NCBI GenBank assembly: GCA_963651005.1 | Contig: CAVJNH010000003.1 | Span: 778 to 64,777 of the forward strand | Source of the DNA: Oscillibacter sp. MSJ-31 | GTDB lineage: Bacteria > Bacteroidota > Bacteroidia > Bacteroidales > Bacteroidaceae | Reading direction: 5' to 3' | DNA length: 64,000 bases | Part shown: positions 58,767 through 64,000 of the stretch, in pieces | How positions within the stretch are numbered: position 1 is the first letter of the stretch | Layout of the letters: each line of letters begins with the position of its first letter | Notes under the pieces: generated by a model | Seen by the model: the letters and a program-made list of their open reading frames with translations, nothing else | Told to the model about the DNA's origin: nothing | Database searches by the model: none | Position numbers and translations under genes: made by a program

Positions 58767-61426
58767 AGCTTGGCCAGTTCCACCACCTTTTCGATGGCAG
58801 CATTCAGTCCGTCCACCAACTTGCCGCCGGCAGAGGCGAAATGGGGTTGTCCGCCGCCGCCGCCCTGAATGAACTTGGCCGCCTCGCGCACCATCTGGCC
58901 GGCGTGAAGCCCCTGCTCTTTCACGAGGTCGTCGCTAATCATGATGCTGAGCAACGGCTTGTCGGCGTGAACGGTGCCGACGACGCAGAGCAGATGGGAG
59001 GGAACGGCTTCGCGAATCTTGAACACCAAGTCCTTGGCCGACTGCGCGTCGAACGGCAGGACGGCCTTGACCAGTGTCACGCCGTTCACGACCTGCGCTT
59101 TCTCAAGGAGCTTGTCCTTCGCGCGCTCCACGGCCTGCGCCTTGAAGTGTTCGATGTCCTTCTTCATGGTGTCGTGCTCGTCGATGTATTTCCGGATGAC
59201 TCCCTGCAAATCCTTGGCGTTGTTGAAGAACGTGCGCACGGCCTTCAGCGTGTCTTCCAGCTGATAGAGCATCTCCTCGCAGTCCTTGCCCGTCTTGGCC
59301 TCGATGCGGCGGATGCCGGCGGCCACGCTGCTCTCTGCCAGTATCTTGAAGAAACCGATGCGGCCTGTCGATGTGGCATGGATGCCGCCGCAGAACTCGC
59401 AGGAGGGGCCGAAGCGTACCACACGCACCTTGTCGCCGTACTTCTCTCCGAAGAGGGCGATGGCTCCCAGTTGCTTGGCTTCCTCGAACGGCACGTCGCG
59501 GTGCTCGTCGATGTGGATGTCCTGACGGATCATACCGTTGACGATGCGTTCCACCTGACGCAGCTCCTCGTCGGTCACTTTCTGGAAGTGGGAGAAGTCG
59601 AAGCGCAGGGTGTCCGCACTGACATACGAGCCCTTCTGCTCCACATGGTCGCCCAGCACCTGACGGAGGGCATAGTCGAGCAGGTGGGTCGCCGTATGGT
59701 TGGCCGCCGAAGCGTCGCGCTTGTCCGTATCGACGCAGGCCATGAACTCGGCTGTCGGGTCTTTGGGCAGTTGCTTGACGAGGTGTATGCTCTGGTTGTT
59801 CTCGCGCTTGGTGTCGATGATTTCGACGGTCTCGTTCTCGTTGACGAGCACGCCGCTGTCGCCCACCTGACCGCCCATCTCCCCGTAGAACGGGGTCTGG
59901 TCGAGCACGAGTTCATAGTATTCGTTCTTTTTCTGCGTCACCTTGCGGTAGCGGAGGATGTGGCAGTTGTATTCGGTGTAGTCGTAGCCCACGAACTGCT
60001 GTTCGCCGGCCCGCAGCTCCGTCCAGTCGGAGTTCTCCACGGCAGCCGCGTTGCGGGCGCGCTCCTTCTGCTTCTGCATCTCCGTGTTGAACTGTTCCTC
60101 GTCGACGGTGAAGCCGTTCTCGCGGCAGATCAGTTCCGTCAGGTCGAGGGGGAAACCGTAGGTGTCGAACAGGCGGAACGCCTGCACGCCGTCCAGTTGC
60201 GTCTTGCCCTCGGCCTTGAGCTGGTTCATGGCCTCGCCAATCATCGCGATGCCTTTCTCCAGGGTGCGCAGGAACGAGTCCTCCTCCTCCTTGATGACCT
60301 TGGTGATGAGCTGCTGCTGGGCTTTCAGTTCGGGGAAAGCGTCGCCCATCTCGTGTACGAGTGTGGGCACGAGCTTGTAGAGGAATCCCTCCTTCTGTCC
60401 GAGGAAGGTGTAGGCGTAGCGCACGGCGCGGCGCAGGATGCGCCGGATGACGTAGCCGGCCTTGGCATTGGAGGGCAGTTGTCCGTCGGCAATGGAGAAG
60501 GCCACGGCGCGCAGATGGTCTGCGCAGACGCGCATGGCGATGTTGACCTCGTTCTGCTCCTTGCTGACGGGGTGTGCCGTCTCTTCCTCGAAGGTGAAGT
60601 ATTTCAGTCCCGTCAGGTCCTGTTCGGCCTTGATGATGGGCTGGAACACGTCGGTGTCGTAGTTGGAGTGCTTGCCCTGCATCATGCGCACCAGCCGCTC
60701 GAAGCCCATTCCGGTGTCGATGACGTTCATGGAGAGCTTCTCCAGCGACCCGTCGGCCTTGCGGTTGAACTGCATGAACACGAGGTTCCATATCTCGATG
60801 ACCTGCGGGTCGTCCTGGTTGACGAGTTCGCGCCCGGTCTTGCCGCTGGCGGCTTTCTGTTCGGGTGTGCGCGAGTCCACGTGGATTTCGGAGCAGGGTC
60901 CGCAGGGTCCCGTGTCGCCCATCTCCCAGAAGTTGTCGTGTTTGTTGCCGTTGATGATATGGTCTTCGGGCACGTGCTTGGCCCAGAACCGGGCGGCCTC
61001 ATCGTCGCGCGGGATGTTTTCTTCGGGCGAACCTTCGAACACCGTCACGTAGAGGTTTTCGGGGTTCAGCTTGAGCACGTCGACCAGATATTCCCATGCC
61101 AGATCGATGGCCCCTTCCTTGAAATAGTCGCCGAACGACCAGTTGCCGAGCATCTCGAACATGGTGTGGTGGTAGGTGTCGTGCCCCACTTCCTCCAGGT
61201 CGTTGTGCTTGCCGCTGACGCGCAGGCATTTCTGTGTGTCGGCGCGGCGGCGCGGCTCCGGGTCGCGTGTGCCGAGGATGATGTCTTTCCACTGGTTCAT
61301 GCCGGCGTTGGTGAACATCAGTGTGGGGTCATCCTTGATGACCATAGGGGCTGACGGCACGATGGTATGTGCGTGTTGTTCGAAAAATTTCTTGTACGAC
61401 TCTCTGATTTCGTTCGCTGTCATCAT
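58763..61426 (-). CDS. alaS: Alanine--tRNA ligase
   Basis: [40 protein letters not shown]. Confidence 0.97.
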   Translation of the reverse strand: MMTANEIRESYKKFFEQHAHTIVPSAPMVIKDDPTLMFTNAGMNQWKDIILGTRDPEPRRRADTQKCLRVSGKHNDLEEVGHDTYHHTMFEMLGNWSFGDYFKEGAIDLAWEYLVDVLKLNPENLYVTVFEGSPEENIPRDDEAARFWAKHVPEDHIINGNKHDNFWEMGDTGPCGPCSEIHVDSRTPEQKAASGKTGRELVNQDDPQVIEIWNLVFMQFNRKADGSLEKLSMNVIDTGMGFERLVRMMQGKHSNYDTDVFQPIIKAEQDLTGLKYFTFEEETAHPVSKEQNEVNIAMRVCADHLRAVAFSIADGQLPSNAKAGYVIRRILRRAVRYAYTFLGQKEGFLYKLVPTLVHEMGDAFPELKAQQQLITKVIKEEEDSFLRTLEKGIAMIGEAMNQLKAEGKTQLDGVQAFRLFDTYGFPLDLTELICRENGFTVDEEQFNTEMQKQKERARNAAAVENSDWTELRAGEQQFVGYDYTEYNCHILRYRKVTQKKNEYYELVLDQTPFYGEMGGQVGDSGVLVNENETVEIIDTKRENNQSIHLVKQLPKDPTAEFMACVDTDKRDASAANHTATHLLDYALRQVLGDHVEQKGSYVSADTLRFDFSHFQKVTDEELRQVERIVNGMIRQDIHIDEHRDVPFEEAKQLGAIALFGEKYGDKVRVVRFGPSCEFCGGIHATSTGRIGFFKILAESSVAAGIRRIEAKTGKDCEEMLYQLEDTLKAVRTFFNNAKDLQGVIRKYIDEHDTMKKDIEHFKAQAVERAKDKLLEKAQVVNGVTLVKAVLPFDAQSAKDLVFKIREAVPSHLLCVVGTVHADKPLLSIMISDDLVKEQGLHAGQMVREAAKFIQGGGGGQPHFASAGGKLVDGLNAAIEKVVELAKL

Positions 61427-61521
61427 AATGTTCTTAAAATAAATGCAAAATTACGCAATTCCCGTCAAACCCGGACAGGGGGCGTGGGATATTAATGATA
61501 ATTAACGGTCGGCGGCCGGTT

Positions 61522-63681
61522 TCATTTCGCCTGGATTTCCTTCAGCAGGCGGTCTGCGTGTCCCCACTTGTCCATCATATAGAGGACGTAGCGGATGTCC
61601 ACGCCGATGCAGCGCGCCAGCCGCTTGTCGAAGTTGATGTCGGAGCTGAGGCTGTCCCAGTTGCCGTCGAAGGCCAGTCCGATCAGCTCGCCCTTGCCGT
61701 TGAACATGGGGCTGCCGGAGTTGCCGCCCGTGATGTCGTTGTTGGTCAGGAAGCAGAGCTGCATCTTGCCGCTGGTCTTGTCCTGATAGGGGCCGAAGTC
61801 TTTCTCCGAGAGGAGACGGTGCATGACGGGTTCGGCGTAGTAGTCGGGCACCCGGTCGCCCTGCTTCATCTTCTCCACGATGCTCTCGGCGGTGGTGTAG
61901 TAGCCCGAAGGCTTGCCGCCGAGGTCGAAGCCGCCCACCTGTCCGTAGCTCAGCCGCATGGTGGAGTTGGCGTCGCTGTAGTGGGGCAGGTCTTCCTCCA
62001 TGCGGAGCTTGGCGGCGCAGAGGTGTTTCTCTATCTCGGCGATGGAGTCGGCATTGGTGCCCATGGCTGCGACGAGGTCGGCGTACACCTCGTTGAGGTC
62101 CATGCCGAAGCGGACACCGGGGTCTTTCCCGTAGCTCTTCCGGTTGAAGTAGAGCTTCGCTCCCTTCTTCATGATGAGCGATTGGTCCCAGAGGTAGCTC
62201 ACGTACTTGGCGTAGTCGCCGCCGAACCGGGTGTCGATGGTCTGGTAGAACGCAGGCAGCCATTTCCCGTCCACGTGCTCACGGTAGTTCTTCAGCAGCA
62301 CGGCCAGCACCTCCTGGTCGAGTGCCTTGTCCCACGTGTCGCTGTTGTCGTCGAACTCATGGTACTGTTTCTTCCGGTTCTTCTCCGGCCCCTTCACCTC
62401 CATCTTCTGCTGCAACTTGAAGGCGCGGGTGGAGAACTCCACGTTGCCGCGCCTTGTAAAGGTCTCGGAGAAGTTCGTCCAGGCGTACATCACGTCGGCA
62501 CTCTCCCGGTAGAGCCGCTGGAGCTTGTCGAAATCCACCTTGTGGGCCAGTCCGGCGGCAGCCTTGGCGGTGTCCTGCCAGGCGCGGAGGCGCGCCTCGT
62601 ACTCCCGCTTCATGTTGATGATGCCGATGGAGTCGATGCACTTGTTCATGCCGATGGAGTTCTTCCAGTAGTTGCTGCTGTTGGCATACTTGCTGTCGTA
62701 CTTGATGCGCACGGCCTCGTCGGCGCGCATGTGCTTCTGCATCACCTCCTGCTTCACGCCGCGCACCTGTGCCCGAGGGGCGTTCTGCGCGTCGCGCATC
62801 TGCTGGATGCCGTAGCTGGAGAGGTAACGCTCGGTGCTGCCGGGGAAGCCCACGGTCATGGCGAAGTCGCCGTCCCTATAGCCCTGCAGCGACACCTGTG
62901 CCCAGCGTTTGGGACGGTAGGGCACGTTGTCCTTGCTGTAGGGGGCGGGGCCGTTGGTCTTCGGGTCGGCGTAGATGCGGAACACGGAGAAGTCGCAGGT
63001 CTGGCGGGGCCACATCCAGTTGTCGGTGTCGCCGCCGAACTTGCCCACCGACTTGGGAATGGCGAACACCAGTCGCAGGTCGGTGAAGTCCTGGTAGGTG
63101 GTGGCGTACCACTTGTTGCCCTCGTAGAACGGCTGTACGGAGACGTGGAGGGTGGAGTCGTTCCGCTTCACCTCCCGGGTCATCGCGTTCTCCAGGGAGT
63201 CGATGAGTTCGCTGCGCTTCCGCTTGTCGAGCTGTTCGTAGCCGAGGCGCATCACCTGTTCCGTCACGTCCTTCTGGTCTACCATGAACCGCGCGAACAT
63301 ATTCTCGTTGGGCAGTTCCTCCTCGTAGCTCTTGGAGATGAAGCCGTTGAGCATATAGTCGTGTTCCACGGTGGAGTGGCTGCGGATGGACTCGAAGCCG
63401 CAGTGGTGGTTGGTGAGCACCAGTCCGTCGGGCGACACCACCACGCCCGAGCAGTAGCCCGAGAAGCTGATTACCGCGTTCTTCAGCGCGTTCTCGCCGT
63501 TGTAGAGCTGGTCGTAAGTCATCGAGAATCCCTCGCGCTGCATCATCTCGTAGACGGAGGCAGGCAGGTTGTAGATGGTCCACATGCCCTCGTCGGCGCG
63601 GGCAGTGTTCACGGAGATCAGTGCCATGAGGGAAGCGACGAGGACGGCTGTCTTTTTCTTTATCATGCTTTGTTGTTTCAT
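61522..63681 (-). CDS. S46 family dipeptidyl peptidase (DPP7-like)
   Basis: ADEGMW, TNHHC, NWMWPR, TGGNSGSP; FDGNW has the Gly typical of DPP7 rather than the Arg of DPP11. Confidence 0.9.
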   Translation of the reverse strand: MKQQSMIKKKTAVLVASLMALISVNTARADEGMWTIYNLPASVYEMMQREGFSMTYDQLYNGENALKNAVISFSGYCSGVVVSPDGLVLTNHHCGFESIRSHSTVEHDYMLNGFISKSYEEELPNENMFARFMVDQKDVTEQVMRLGYEQLDKRKRSELIDSLENAMTREVKRNDSTLHVSVQPFYEGNKWYATTYQDFTDLRLVFAIPKSVGKFGGDTDNWMWPRQTCDFSVFRIYADPKTNGPAPYSKDNVPYRPKRWAQVSLQGYRDGDFAMTVGFPGSTERYLSSYGIQQMRDAQNAPRAQVRGVKQEVMQKHMRADEAVRIKYDSKYANSSNYWKNSIGMNKCIDSIGIINMKREYEARLRAWQDTAKAAAGLAHKVDFDKLQRLYRESADVMYAWTNFSETFTRRGNVEFSTRAFKLQQKMEVKGPEKNRKKQYHEFDDNSDTWDKALDQEVLAVLLKNYREHVDGKWLPAFYQTIDTRFGGDYAKYVSYLWDQSLIMKKGAKLYFNRKSYGKDPGVRFGMDLNEVYADLVAAMGTNADSIAEIEKHLCAAKLRMEEDLPHYSDANSTMRLSYGQVGGFDLGGKPSGYYTTAESIVEKMKQGDRVPDYYAEPVMHRLLSEKDFGPYQDKTSGKMQLCFLTNNDITGGNSGSPMFNGKGELIGLAFDGNWDSLSSDINFDKRLARCIGVDIRYVLYMMDKWGHADRLLKEIQAK

Positions 63682-63702
63682 GTGAGTTTTTCTTTTTCCC
63701 CG

Positions 63703-63848
63703 GCAAAGGTAGTGCAAACCGAGCGAAATACAAAGAGAAACGAAGTTTTTCTTTTATTTCCGAGGTGCAGCCTACCTTCGACGCGCAGCGTCAAAGGTAC
63801 GATTAAGCCTTCGGCCGAAGGCCAGAGGTAGTGCAAAACCGCAGAATG
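63703..63848. repeat. Promoter-bearing hairpin repeat B, copy 2, plus fragments of further units
   Basis: CAAAGGTA at 63704 and 63792; CAGAGGTAGTGCAAA at 63823. Confidence 0.9.
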
Positions 63849-63849
63849 C

Positions 63850-64000
63850 TCAGTTGGTGATGTATTCTACTGTCCAGCCTGAGGGGGGAGGCCAGGTCTT
63901 GAAGTTAGAGCTTGATATTTTGTCGTAGAAGTCCTTCTTGCAGTAGAAAGTGCCCTTATTAGCCACTCCATCAAGCCAGTTGTCTAAAGACGAGGTGACT
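63850..64000 (-). CDS. 3' end of a gene, resembling the C-terminal cap of BspA/LRR-type surface proteins
   Basis: Own translation ...LDNWLDGVANKGTFYCKK...PPSGWTVEYITN*. Confidence 0.5.
   Translation of the reverse strand, partial: VTSSLDNWLDGVANKGTFYCKKDFYDKISSSNFKTWPPPSGWTVEYITN

Noticed and set aside
58583..61354. Very long antisense ORFs (also 35400-37775, 61495-63831, 8197-10050, 38252-40204, 51578-53485)
   Set aside because: Shadow frames of well-identified genes; strong codon bias removes stops in the antisense frame, and they have no recognisable motifs.

Overview
Core-genome window from a Prevotella-like member of the Bacteroidales, judged from gene content and from TTTG-N19/20-TAnnTTTG promoters in most intergenic gaps. 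It contains about 55 CDSs, one tRNA-Glu and no transposase, prophage or CRISPR array. The CDSs include prfB, a long-chain acyl-CoA ligase, ung, a GH95 hydrolase, gyrB, rpsT, recO, a full dcw cluster (mraZ to ftsZ), a likely glycine-lipid acyltransferase pair, dgt, dut, TPR/DUF4292/EnvC, an M20 hydrolase, gpmI, topA-aroK-speA, a GPH-family MFS, argB, an ECF sigma pair, a PAP2 fusion, etfBA-acd, dnaG, cls, rsmD, a RecD-like helicase, a PPTase, alaS and an S46 peptidase. Six observations stand out. (1) The GPH symporter appears to have its transmembrane helices reordered (TM1-5, 8-11, 6-7, 12) with topology preserved. (2) A covarying 88-89 bp hairpin repeat, bounded by copies of the -7 promoter motif, carries a complete outward promoter. 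(3) A perfect 20-bp inverted repeat pairs the argB promoter region with its start codon. (4) A highly structured RNA candidate lies between tRNA-Glu and rpsT. (5) prfB lacks its programmed frameshift. (6) Two small membrane-peptide ORFs are missing from the ORF track. All calls come from reading the sequence; no searches were run.
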